This document shows, piece after piece, positions 1 through 11,422 of a DNA stretch of 63,644 nt. The stretch covers positions 8,319,992 to 8,383,635 of the forward strand of contig CM119263.1 of the NCBI GenBank assembly GCA_051294375.1, read 5' to 3'. The notes beneath the pieces were generated by a model that saw nothing but the letters and a program-made list of their open reading frames with translations, did no database searches and was not told the origin of the DNA. Source of the DNA: Paraspadella gotoi (taxonomy: Eukaryota; Animalia; Chaetognatha). The translations under genes were made by a program, and so were the position numbers. Position 1 is the first letter of the stretch, and each line of letters opens with the position of its first letter.

Positions 1-398
1 CCAGTCGTTATTCAGAATTTACGTTGGCTTTATAGAGACAGGTAAGAAGAAGTGGAAACAACTGCCGGTCTGAAGAAAATTAAATTGCGAAAACGAAAGT
101 AAATCTAATCGAAAAAGATACGAATGGGAATCGACGTTCGGGTGTATTCAGTGAAATATTTTTAGGCATTATTTAATCTTTTTTCTAGCTATTTTTTTTT
201 ATTGAAGTGGTGAATATTCTCTCTCTCTCTTCTGCTGCTCGTCTCTCTCGTCTCTCTCTCTTCTCGTCTCTCTCTCTCTCGTCTCTCTGTCTTTTTTTTT
301 TTCTTCTTTTCTCTCTATCTGTCCACCTTTGTCCAGATGAATGTCGGTTGGGAGGGGGGGTGGGGGTGGATAANNNNNNNNNNNNNNNNNNNNNNNNN

Positions 399-447
<49 letters not shown>

Positions 448-580
448 TCTTCTCTCTCTCTCTCTCCTCCTCATCTCTCTCTAGAGAGAGAGAGCCTTCA
501 CTTCGACGGCCATCTTTTCTTCGCGAGTTTCGCCACATTCGGATGCAAACGTTCGCCAAGGGACGCTTCCGGTCGAGGGC

Positions 581-666
581 GTCGTCGTCGTCGTCGTTGT
601 CGTCGTCGTTGTCGTCGTCGTCGTCAGCGGTGGCGGCGTTGGCGTCGGTTCGCTCGTCTTTCCTTT

Positions 667-696
<30 letters not shown>
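581..696. repeat. (GTC)n trinucleotide microsatellite tracts
   Basis: Two interrupted runs of gtc repeats; they generate the poly-T/D/S/V/R pseudo-ORFs at 185-770. Confidence 0.9.
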
Positions 697-699
<3 letters not shown>

Positions 700-1590
700 T
701 CGTCTATAAAGTCGTTGCCCTGAGGCACTTGCCAATCCTAAAAATTATAGATGAAAAAATATTATATTAATAATTCCTAAAAAACTAAATTAATAAATCG
801 AAGCGTTTTGAGTTTCTAAAAAAAATAAAATATTCCTTTTTATGTTTTTGTTTTCCTCCACGTTCTTGATGATTTTGACGGGGAAAATTTAAAATATGAA
901 TGAATAGATAAAATTGTCTTATTTATTCCTATTTATAAAAATACTTAATCCGATAAAGTACATCCAAGGGCAAACGGGAGCAAAAAACGATAAAACGATT
1001 CACGCCAGTAGTTAGGACTTAGGAGAATCTCGTCTTTCAGAAATGATATGAAACATCACTTCCAATTTTGATTGATGAAACATTCTTTATGAAAAAAAAA
1101 TAGTATCTTTGTCTTGGTTTTGATTATATCTTTGTTATATTTTCTTTCTTTCTTTTTTATCAGGGTCTTCAAAGTTAGTCTTCTTCGAGCAGATCAAAGA
1201 TACAATTATATACAACTAAAATTATAACAAATTTTAGCATCGAATGAAAGTTAAGGATCTCGGGATATATAATTCTTTCACGGTCAGAATCTTTCTTGCC
1301 TACACTTGCCTATTTCCGCGAACTCTGAGAAAAATTTAAAAAAGGGGAAAAAATGTGAGCATAACCTTTACTGTATATGATTAACTGAAAAAAAATAAAT
1401 AAGCGGTCTCTCCATAGTTGCACAAAAACGAAATGTGTGTGGCTATAAGGGAAACATTAGTGCCGCATTAAAGAATGATAATGTTAAGAAAAAGAAAAGA
1501 AATAGCTCTCTATATACCCTAAGACGAAGACGTTCCAAACTGCTGCAATAAAAAAGAAAACAGCTGCGCTTGGGAGGAGAGGAGGAAAAG

Positions 1591-1663
<73 letters not shown>

Positions 1664-1802
1664 AGAGAGAGAGAGAAGAGAGAGCTAACCGAGAAAGTGG
1701 AAGATGAAAAAAAAAACAGGACACGGTTTGCATAATTTATCTTGGGTTCCTCTCATCTGTTTGACATTTGTCAAAAGCGAGAGAATTTCGTTCTGAACGC
1801 CG

Positions 1803-1833
<31 letters not shown>

Positions 1834-2383
1834 TCTCTCTCTCTCTCTCTCTCTCTCTTCTCGTTCGTCGCTTATATGTTTCTGCGTGGCCTCCCACCAA
1901 TATTTCTCCCCTCATACCGCCTCATTTTTCTTTCAGGATTCGAAGAAAAGAGTTTTTTTGAGAAAGAACAATGAAAGAGAAAAAAAGAAAATAGAAAGGA
2001 GAAGTGAACAAAATAGATAGGAAAAGGAAGAAAGATGGAAAGGAAAAGTAAATAAAATAAAGAGGAAAAGTAAAACTATAGATAGGAAAAATAAAAAAAA
2101 ATATAGAGGAATAGTAAAGAAAATGGAAAGAAAGTGGGATGTCGAAAAAGGAAAACTGTATGGAAATAAACGGAATAATTAAAGAAATGTTAAATCCAAA
2201 TTAAAATAAAAAAAAACATAACAATATAAAAATTTTCAACGAAATTAGAACCAAAGTATAGGGAAGGAAAAAGAAGGCTAATTTAGGGTGATTGAAAAAA
2301 GTATTAAAATAAAAAGGTGAATAATACTTTAATGTAGCAAATCTCGTCTCCTTGGAATTAATTATACAGCAAGATTCACACGT

Positions 2384-2470
2384 CTTTTGCAGCAAGAGCC
2401 TTGCGGTAAGATCCTTCAGCATCTTTTGCAGCAAGAGCCTTGCGTTAAGATCCTTCAGCATCTGTTGCAG
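2384..2470. repeat. 39-bp tandem repeat, ~2.2 copies
   Basis: cttttgcagcaagagccttgcg(g/t)taagatccttcagcat twice, then a partial ctgttgcag. Confidence 0.85.
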
Positions 2471-2649
2471 AGACCTCGTCACGCTTGGCTGCTGCAATGG
2501 AATGAATGTTTGCCGAATTCATTTCTTGACTACCGAAGGAGGAGAGAGAAAGAAGGAAAGAAAAGAAGGAAGAAAAAATGGGGGGCAAAGATACGAAGGA
2601 AATCAGATTACAATCCTAAAATATTTCCTCTCCATCATTTTCCTCTTGC

Positions 2650-2765
<116 letters not shown>

Positions 2766-3040
2766 GGAGGAAAAGATAGAGAGAAAAAGCGGGAGGGTAA
2801 AAACAGTAGGGGGAGAAATTTGAAAAGGCTTTCTTTTTAATTGACTATAAAAAAAATTGAGATGAAGTTTCCAGCGAGTGGAGCAAAGAAAATGGATGTG
2901 AGGGACAAAATAAATAAAAACTTGAAAAACTGAAAGACGAAAGAAAAATACTAAAAATGGAAAGAAAGAAGAGAAAAAAGAGAAAAAGGGGAAGAAAAAA
3001 GGTTATAAAAGAATAAGAGAAAGGAACAAAAAAGTAAGTT

Positions 3041-3075
<35 letters not shown>

Positions 3076-3258
3076 NNNNNNNNNNNNNNNNNNNNNNNNN
3101 NNNNNNNNNNNNNNNNNNNNNNNNNNNNNNNNNNNNNNNNNNNNNNNNNNNNNNNNNNNNNNNNNNNNNNNNNNNNNNNNNNNNNNNNNNNNNNNNNNNN
3201 NNNNNNNNNNNNNNNNNNNNNNNNNNNNNNNNNNNNNNNNNNNNNNNNNNNNNNNNNN

Positions 3259-3289
<31 letters not shown>

Positions 3290-3293
3290 AAAG
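3041..3293. repeat. (GAAA)n microsatellite spanning an N gap
   Basis: gaaa repeats on both sides of the gap. Confidence 0.85.
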
Positions 3294-4139
3294 AGAGATA
3301 GAAAGATGGAAAGATAGAAAGAAACAGAAAAAAGTTAGAGAAAAACAAAAAAGATCGGAAAAAAAATAAGAAAGAAAAAATATCAAAACAAAGAAAAGGA
3401 ATAAAAAAGAAAGAAAGAAAAAGAAAAAAAACCGTAAAACGGGGATAAGAGAGAGTTGAGTGACACGCTTCTCAAGCAAAGAGGGGAAAGAGGGATTTCC
3501 CGGTCTCGNNNNNNNNNNNNNNNNNNNNNNNNNNNNNNNNNNNNNNNNNNNNNNNNNNNNNNNNNNNNNNNNNNNNNNNNNNNNNNNNNNNNNNNNNNNN
3601 NNNNNNNNNNNNNNNNNNNNNNNNNNNNNNNNNNNNNNNNNNNNNNNNNNNNNNNNNNNNNNNNNNNNNNNNNNNNNNNNNNNNNNNNNNNNNNNNNNNN
3701 NNNNNNNNNNNNNNNNNNNNNNGGGGGGGACGGATGTGAGAGGGAGAGGCTGGTTGCGTCAAACGAGTAGATTTAAACAATTATTTCGAGACAAATATTC
3801 TCTTTTTTTTTCAGTCTGTCACGTTTTTGATTATCAATAAAAAAAAATTAAATGCGTTGAAGATTTTAATAGAAAAATTTACGCCGGCTACGAGGTAGTA
3901 TCCAAATATCGTTCGGGGGGGACCTCGGTGAACGAAACTTATGGGCGCGGCCGCCTCATAAATTATACGGGATTGTGAGTGATTATTTTGGGGCCGGAAA
4001 TCATAACAAAAGTTTCAGGATTCTGACAAAGTTGTGTAATTTATGAAGTTTTTTCCCCGCAAAGTTTGAGGCAGCGTCGCTTTTCGTCGGAATATTTTGG
4101 GGGGCTCGAAAAAAAAATATATAAATTTGGCATTTAGGA

Positions 4140-4257
4140 TCCAGGATGTAAACTATGGAGCCAGTAACGCGTCTAGGATGTAAACCATAGAGTATGGATC
4201 CCGTAACGTGTCCAAGATGTAAACTGTGGAGCCAGTAACGCGTTAAGAATGTAAACA
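4140..4257. repeat. ~32-bp minisatellite, 3.5 copies
   Basis: Units tccaggatgtaaactatggagccagtaacgcg at 4140, 4172 (7-bp insert), 4211 and a partial unit at 4243. Confidence 0.85.
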
Positions 4258-5061
4258 TTCCAGCAACTCGGACGGAGAGAGGTCCACGGACTCGGGCTGC
4301 GACTGAGAGAGAGAGANNNNNNNNNNNNNNNNNNNNNNNNNGAGGCTTCGATCGAAAAACGAAATTTCGTTTTTTCCCAAATTTGCTTTGATTTCGCTTC
4401 GATCGAATTTACCCCATAGGGACTGCACCTAACTAGAATTCAGATTAAATGTTTTTCAGATTTGAATTTTTTGATTTTTTATTTTTACTGTTTAAGACAA
4501 TGTTTTCTTCAGATTCTGTTTGTTTTGGTTAGTACTATATTTTAAGAATTTATTTTATTATTTTAAGTGTTTGGAAGTAGGGTTTTTAAAGAAAAAATAT
4601 TTTATTTATTTATTTTCGATTTTCGTAAGTGCGATCCCTACTCGAAATTTTTTCTTCAGATTTTGACAGTAAAAAGTGAAAATTTTAAATTATTCGAATT
4701 CGTTTAATTATTTATGTACGAATTTCACATTGTACAGTAAGTTCAAATTGGATTTTGGCGTACAGTCGTAATCGTTTATCTCGATTTCTTTATTCATTTA
4801 TTCGATTTTTTCAGCGTACGTCAAACCACGGGCCTGTTATATTTGAAGTTCGCGACTTTGTAAATTTTAATGAGAAAAGAAAAAATATTTTTTACTGCCT
4901 CAATTTATTTTTGGTTTTCAATACGGGCGTTGCGGGTTTGTCGCTTCGTCCTTTGTTTTTCTCCCTTTTTCTCAGGTTTTAGTACCATCCTTGTTCTGTA
5001 CCGTTTTCGGAGGTTCAAGTGAGTTGCGGAAAGAACTTTATTTAAAATTTCAAAGCTCATT

Positions 5062-6642
5062 ATGCAGGCCACCACCAGTGCTCAGGTGTCATCAGGGTGG
5101 CACATTCCGGTGCCTAGGACGGGAACCATTCTCGTCTTTCATACCGTCCCCATGAAGGACGGTACGTTCAAGCGGTTTGGTCGTCGGCCATAGTGTCGAC
5201 GGGCGTCTCCCTGCTGAGATACCCGCGGACCTAAACTTGAAGGCACTCAGGCGTGTGTTAGGGCAAGTTCTGGGGTGAAAGGGACTTGTTCTTCTTCCGG
5301 GCTCCTCCGGAAGTCGACAGGCTCCTTACAGCTCTCAGGGCAAGTGGGTTGTTCAGGTCCTGTAACTCTACGGAGGTCCCACTTCGGTGGGACGGGACGA
5401 ATCAACCGGTCGAACTCGACCTCACCTCCCAGGCGAGGGCGAGATTGGTCCTGGACTTCGAGTCTAGCTCTGACCAAGAGACGGCACCGAAGGGTTCCTC
5501 GGAGGCGCTTCCGTCCCGCAAGGGAAGGCGGCGTCGTCGGGAACCATCCTCTTCTTCCGATGACGGCGATAATCCGGCGCCTCCCCAGCGCAAATCACGG
5601 GTTCCCGTCTCGGGTCAGGCTGTGGGAGCTCGACCCGGGGGAGATAAAGGTCCGGTGTCCCGCAATAGAACTGGGTCGGCGCAGTTTTCTGCTCCGGCTC
5701 ATCAAGGCCCTGCTGCGCGTCATCGTCGTCGCAAGAGGTCTGGCGGCCCAAAATTGTCGCCGGCGATCTTCGCGACGCATTCACACGCGGACGATTGCGC
5801 GTGGCGGCCCGATGCCTGTGTTAAGGGATGCTCCGCACCTAGGCCGCCAGGGACCAGCTGCTCCTGTCCAGCAGCCCTCTGGGTCGTTTCAGACGGCGGC
5901 GGCAAAACGGCAGAAAAACAGTCGTCGTATGGCTCAACGTCTTCGACGAAATAGGCGTCTCGCGCAACGTCAAAATGACGAGTCGGCTAATGTCGACGAG
6001 GCGCCTATTTTGGACAATTCGGAAAGTCAGGCGGCGCTGTTAGACCTGGATCTTGCAGATGTGGTGCAAGATTTGCAAGAGGAGCATCAGGAGGCAGTGA
6101 TTGTGCTGCACCGGAGGCGGAGGAGGAGATGGACCTCGGAGAGGGGGGCGAAGCGTCAGCGGCCGTTATAGCCGAGCCTGACGCCGCCGTCGAGCTGGAG
6201 CGGTCGGAAGCCGCGGTGCGTGATGAGGCCTCAGCCCTCCCCCCGGTTCCGACGTCGACGAAGATGCAATGCTCTGTTCGACTCCAGAAGGCAAGGTGAA
6301 GCGGGAGAGGAAGTTGAAGCGGCCTTTCAGGGAGCAAAGGCAGATTGCGGCGGGTTTCGAGGCGCTCCCGTCACAGGATGTCGCTGCGGAGCCGCGCCGC
6401 AGAGAGAGGTCCCGGAGGCGTTGGGCGACGTGCGTCATCTCTTCGAGACGTCCGCTCAATCGCCGAAGGGAAAGAGCTCGCTCGGGATCGGACGAAGGGC
6501 CGTAAGGGCAGGCGCGGTCAGGGTGAGTCCGATAGCAGCTTGTAAGAGGGGCGTTGTGAATTCCATCTCCGACGTCCGCTCTTTGTATATAGTGGGCAGC
6601 CTTGGTGTCCGTGGGGTCCGGCGGGGAGATATTGAGATTTGA
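5062..6642 (+). pseudogene. Frameshifted ~500-codon ORF of unknown function (Arg-rich and acidic segments)
   Basis: ATG at 5062 follows a candidate 37-nt intron (gtgagt 5019 to aaag 5055). Overlapping open frames chain by single-base shifts: MQATTSAQV..., ...GHSVDGRLPAEIPADLNLKALRRVLGQ, ORF 5286-5954, ORF 5275-6171, ...EAEEEMDLGEGG..., ORF 6220-6642. No domain recognised; the shifts may be read errors. Confidence 0.35.
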
Positions 6643-7203
6643 TTTTTCTTTTTTTTAGTTGTTTGCCGGGACGGTTTAGTATACAGCCCTATCCTCCCTT
6701 CTGGAGATATGGGGGCTAAAATCTTATTACGGCACATCGAATCATTGTTTATAGGTTTGGGGTGTACGGAAGCTCCCTCCCTGTTAAAACTGCTGAGCTA
6801 TTTAATATGGGTAGTTATATGTCACGTGATTTACTTGCTTAACTTGGCACAGTAAGTTAAGTAATATTACGCGCATTGTGTCGGTCTACGGGTTTTTTCC
6901 CAGTCAGGCACCCTAAACAATTATTAAATGTGCTTATGGTAAGATAAAGTCGCAAAAATGTACCTTTGATTATAAACTACCTAGGCTAGTTTTTAGTCTA
7001 CATTTTTCCGCACAAATGTAAATACGTTATATTGTTTATTTCTTAACTGTTTTCTTTCGTGCCATTTATAATTCAGAACACAACGGAAGGTTTGACTCGT
7101 CGTTCGTCAAAGGTCAGTGGTTCTTCTTCTTGGGAATTTCATCTGACGACGTTCGACGAAGGTTAGTCGCATTATTAGATTATAGACTTTTCATTATTTT
7201 CTG

Positions 7204-7428
7204 GTCTGCGTCCGTTCTATACGGCCAGACAATATGTTTCATATTTATAAATTTTTTCGTCTGCGTCCGTACTACGGCCAGACAAATTTTTTATATTTTT
7301 TGTTTTTCCGGGTGTCGTCCCGAAGACCTGTGTCCGTAACCGCGGCCAGGTAATTATATTTTCTTTGTCCTGCGTCCGTAACGCGGCCAGGAATTTACCC
7401 AATCTGCGTCCGTCTCTACGGCCAGATT
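7204..7428 (+). repeat. Array of five covarying hairpin motifs CTG-YGT-CCGT-loop-RCGG-C-CAG
   Basis: Copies at about 7204, 7259, 7326, 7368 and 7401, separated by unrelated T-rich spacers. Closing stems differ but stay paired. Confidence 0.8.
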
Positions 7429-9919
7429 TTTTATTCTAAAGTTTTTCGAGTAGCGTGGATCTTTTCTTTTTGTTTTTTTTGTCTTTAAAATAACGGAAAA
7501 AAGAACGTCAACAGATTTATAGTTAGTATTTTTCATTTTGTCTTTGTTTTGTTGGACGGGCATTTTCCTTTATTTTCAGAGCGATGGCCCGGTCGCCAGT
7601 AAAGAGGAAATAGTTGAAATAGGAAATGTGTTTCAGGAACGCTTTAGAGCGTTAATTAGTTTTTATAATTATTTAGAGTTTTTTAATTTTTTTAAAAATT
7701 AATAATTTCCGAACGTTTTTTTATAAGGGGTTTTAATTTCTTAAAAAATAAATAGTATATGACTTTTTTATTTTTATACTTTTGTATATTAAAGCCTCCT
7801 TAGAGCGCGAGCCCGTCTTGGCTCTTTTTCGGGATTTACTCTAAATAGTTAACAGGCCTTCGCGCCTGAAAGGATTAGGCCCTTTTTTGTATTTTGACGA
7901 TGGCGCTCAAAGCCTTTCTAAAAGGCTAATTTTCTCTTTTCTGGGTGCTGAAAAGCACGTCTTCGAATTTAGCTATTTTTTCATTTTGATCAATAGTTAT
8001 TTTATTTCGTTTACTTCGCTTTTTTCTGCTTTATTCAAATTCAGCTGAAAAGCTGGATTCTCCTGTGGCGGGAGTATGGGTTGGGACTCCGAAATACGGA
8101 TTCGGTTCCTGTAAAACGCGGCGAAATTGTTATTTTCTAATCATTTTCTTTTAGTCGCGTTCACCGGCGGATTCCCTATTTTTTCTGCACTTTAGCTAAC
8201 CTTTTTTATGGGGTGCCCCGCTTCAATGCCAAAATTTTTTTTGATCAATTATTTTTTGTTTATTCATTGTGTTTGTTTTGTATTTCTGCACTATGTCGAC
8301 TTGATCGGCATAGGGGCGCCTTTGGACGGAGTCTCACTTTGTTTCTTTTGCGTTGACGTCCGTCACGCTAAAGGGAGCATTGTCGAGAGGGTGTTACCTT
8401 CATGGGCTGGCGGGGAGGTCCGTGGAGGCTTGTCCGTGCGACGGAAGTCGGCCGTTCCAGCCTCTCTCGGCTAACGCAAGTATTAACGTCTTTGACCTTA
8501 TTTAAATCTTAATATTTTTTGCCTTTTTCCCTTTTTTAGAGTATTTTGTATTTTTTATTCCGTTATCGTTGCGTCACTATTTCACGATTTTTCGGTGGAT
8601 AACGCTATATTTCATCATATTTCGTTACGCCCCCGCAATATTGCGTTATATTGACTCATCGATAATTGGTTTTCCAGCCATCGATTTTTTTCGATGCATC
8701 GTCGATGGCTAGCGTAAATTACACCCATTTTTTCCCACGCGTGCGAATCTTTCCCCAAATTTTCCCACGTGTGTGAATGCACGCAATATCCGGTTTCGCC
8801 TGCGTGCGACGACACTTCCGGTTCAAGGTGGACGCTCGGATCGTGACGACGATTACGGGTTGAAGCTTTGAATCTCGTAGGCGGCGTCGGGCGTAGAGGA
8901 ACTTGGTACGGCGGACATTCCGGGATTGATTGGCGTGTTTTTACGGTCTTTCTTAATTTTAGTATTTAATTTTAGCTTTTTAACATTGTTTTTTTGCTTA
9001 GTTAAATATTTATTTTTAGGTTTTTAGTTATTTTGTATGTTTGGTTTCGACAGGTTAACCTCAACTTTCAATCGATCGTACGGCTTCGATTATCTCCGAG
9101 AAAAGTGTTATTAACCATCATGCCTTTTTTCTCGGGTTTTCGTGACTTTGCGCTCGGGGAAATTTGCGATTTCCTTCGCTGGGGGAAATTTCTCCCAAGC
9201 ATTACAAATTAACTACGCGTAGTTCTCCCTTTGTATTTTTTGGGACTTAGCGTTTTTTTTTGCTAAATTTTTTCGAAAAATTTTTTCTTTTTTGTACGAA
9301 CAGGTTCGTTCCTCTCCGTTCGTGCGGGGGGTACGACCAATTTTTCGATATGAATAATTTAGTGTTTATTAGAAAAAATATTTTTTAATAATACTTTGTT
9401 CGTTTTTTAGAAAATGGATATTTTTTCAATTTATTTAGTATTAAGGTTACTAACCCATTGAATTTCAAAGTGTATTTTTAGTTTCTTTTCAGATTCGTTT
9501 TCGTAGGACGTTGAGAAAAAGGCGAAAGTTGAGTCAAGGTCAAGGCTTCTTGGTTAAGCGAGAGGAGGACAAAACAACCAACGCTCGCCAAAGCGTGTTC
9601 TTCCCGACCAGAACAAGACGGAAGAACGAAACCACTCTTCGGAGCGGTGTTGCCAACCACCCCACTGCATAGGAACGCCCCGATCTGTCCACATTTTTTG
9701 TATTTATTTAGCTTTTGTATTTTTTGGATAGCTCAAGAGAAGATGGCGACAATTTAGAGTAGGTAAGAATAATATAGATTATCTCTCTTTGATCGTTTAT
9801 ATTATTCATAATTTGCCCCTAACGTTTTTTCAGCTTTTATAAAATTTTTTGCTTCGACTTCGAATGTCTCTAGACGGACGGAGTCTCGCGAGTCGACGCT
9901 AAAATATCACATTATTTAG

Positions 9920-10183
9920 GCTTTCGGAGTGACGGTCTCCCTTGTTCAAGACTGTCTCCCTGCGCGCCGCTTAGGCGGGCGCTTTCCTTTACGTATAGCC
10001 GATTCCGCTCAGAATTGGTTGGGAAAAGTCGCCGGGAAACTTCGAATATTTTTTCTGAATCGGGTAACGATAAGTTGTTTGTTTGACCTTCGCCTCCTTC
10101 TTGGCGTCGAACAACTTTACCGAAAACCCTTTAAGTACTACCCTATTCGAACGTTTACGACGCGGTTCTCTGATGGCAAGTAA
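9920..10183 (+). CDS. Candidate coding exon, unknown product
   Basis: Open for ~87 codons after the ttatttag acceptor (AFGVTVSLVQDCLPARR...FTTRFSDGK), with a possible donor gtaaat near 10180. No homology recognised. Confidence 0.25.
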   Translation, partial: AFGVTVSLVQDCLPARRLGGRFPLRIADSAQNWLGKVAGKLRIFFLNRVTISCLFDLRLLLGVEQLYRKPFKYYPIRTFTTRFSDGK

Positions 10184-10800
10184 ATCGTTTCGTATTCGTT
10201 GGTATATTGTACGCCCACTTTTTTGTGTTTTACTCCCTTAAAATAAGTTAGCAGGGTGCTGGGTAGGGAGCCAGCGACGAGAAGGTTTATCATGTTATTG
10301 CTTTGCTTACTTTTTGGCAGGGTTCGAGGTCTCGCCCCATCCGTAGTCGTATTGCTTTGCCTTGCCGAAATACTTTGATCTCGTTGCTTCGGCATTCGGA
10401 TGCTTAAAGTAAGGGTAAACCAATAAAATAACTTCCTTCAGCGCATTTTTAGAATGGTTACGTTTTTAGAGTGATAGATTATTAGGTTTTCGTATTTTCG
10501 GGTTTTTGTTTAGGTATTGATTTCGTTTTTAGGTCTAGTCTAATATTTTTTATTTTGCCAACCTACTACGACATAAGGTAGGTAAGGAATGTTAATTATT
10601 TTTGTTTTTCAGTGTATTTCACAGCTTTATTTCAAGAATAGTTCATTTCAAGAAGAAGAAGATTTACAAGATTCGACGGCGAAGATATTAGTACAATTCG
10701 ATTGTTTCAATTTACTATTTTTTCCCGTAGGAGTAGTCTAAGGTTTTTTGTGTCGTAGTACGGTTGTGCGTCTCTAATATTTTTTGGTAAGGAGTCGAAT

Positions 10801-11292
10801 ATGCGCGGATCTTCAAAGATTCGGTCTTCCGTATCGGGGTCCTCATCGAGAATCGTAGAGGGACGTTTGAAGAATGCTTGTGACATGACTGAAGATATGC
10901 TTGGCGATTCTCTGATGCGGCCACCTGCGGTAAGGAAAATTTGAATATTTGAGATTGTGTTATTCGCCTCAGGTTGTTCGTGACCATGAAAGGCACCTTT
11001 TCGCCTCGCCATGTTCGATTGAAGGTCGAAGGGTTGATTTCGTTCTTAGCCGGTCGAAATTAACTTCGAGATCCTATTTCGTTCCTGCGGGGGGCGGAAA
11101 GTTGCATTTCGGTAAGCGTGTATATCGCTTTACCAAGATCGACAACCTTTTTATTTTTTTCTTTTACCTTTTCGGTTCCTTTTTTGGAATTCGAAATGGT
11201 CGGCGGTGCCGTATTATCCTTATAATTCGGGCTTCCATTAATATTCACGCTTCTTTCCTTTAGTTGGCTACTTTCGGAAGTCGCGGGTGTAA
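10801..11292 (+). CDS. Hypothetical 3-exon ~98-aa protein
   Basis: Exons 10801-10929, 10973-11111 and 11264-11292. Introns gtaagg...cctcag (43 nt, phase 0) and gtaagc...cctttag (152 nt, phase 1) keep the frame to TAA: MRGSSKIRSS...RPPA/VVRDHERHLF...KLHF/VGYFRKSRV. Confidence 0.4.
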
Positions 11293-11297
11293 CATAT

Positions 11298-11422
11298 GTC
11301 GGGCTCGAAGATCGGCCACCGGGGTCAGTTGCAACCGGTCTTCGCGTCTTCGACCTAAGTGAAAAATATCGGGTTTAAAGTCGGCCACCGGGGTCAGTTA
11401 TAACCGACTTTAGATTTCGATA
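11298..11422 (+). ncRNA. Two tandem long hairpins with shared loop (candidate cis-regulatory RNA or small-RNA precursors)
   Basis: 11298-11354 and 11367-11422. Stems cgaagatcgg/ccggtcttcg and taaagtcgg/ccgacttta enclose the loop ccaccggggtcagtt(gc/at)aa. Confidence 0.45.

Noticed and set aside
16-46. Possible exon end ...gagacag|gtaag at the window start
   Set aside because: Too short to assign a frame or product.
7204-7428. CRISPR array interpretation of the repeat-spacer pattern
   Set aside because: Eukaryotic context, no cas genes, repeats vary internally and spacers are irregular and low-complexity.
11316-11335. Resemblance of caccggg to the nematode miR-35 family seed
   Set aside because: It lies in the hairpin loop rather than an arm, and a 7-nt match is not meaningful.
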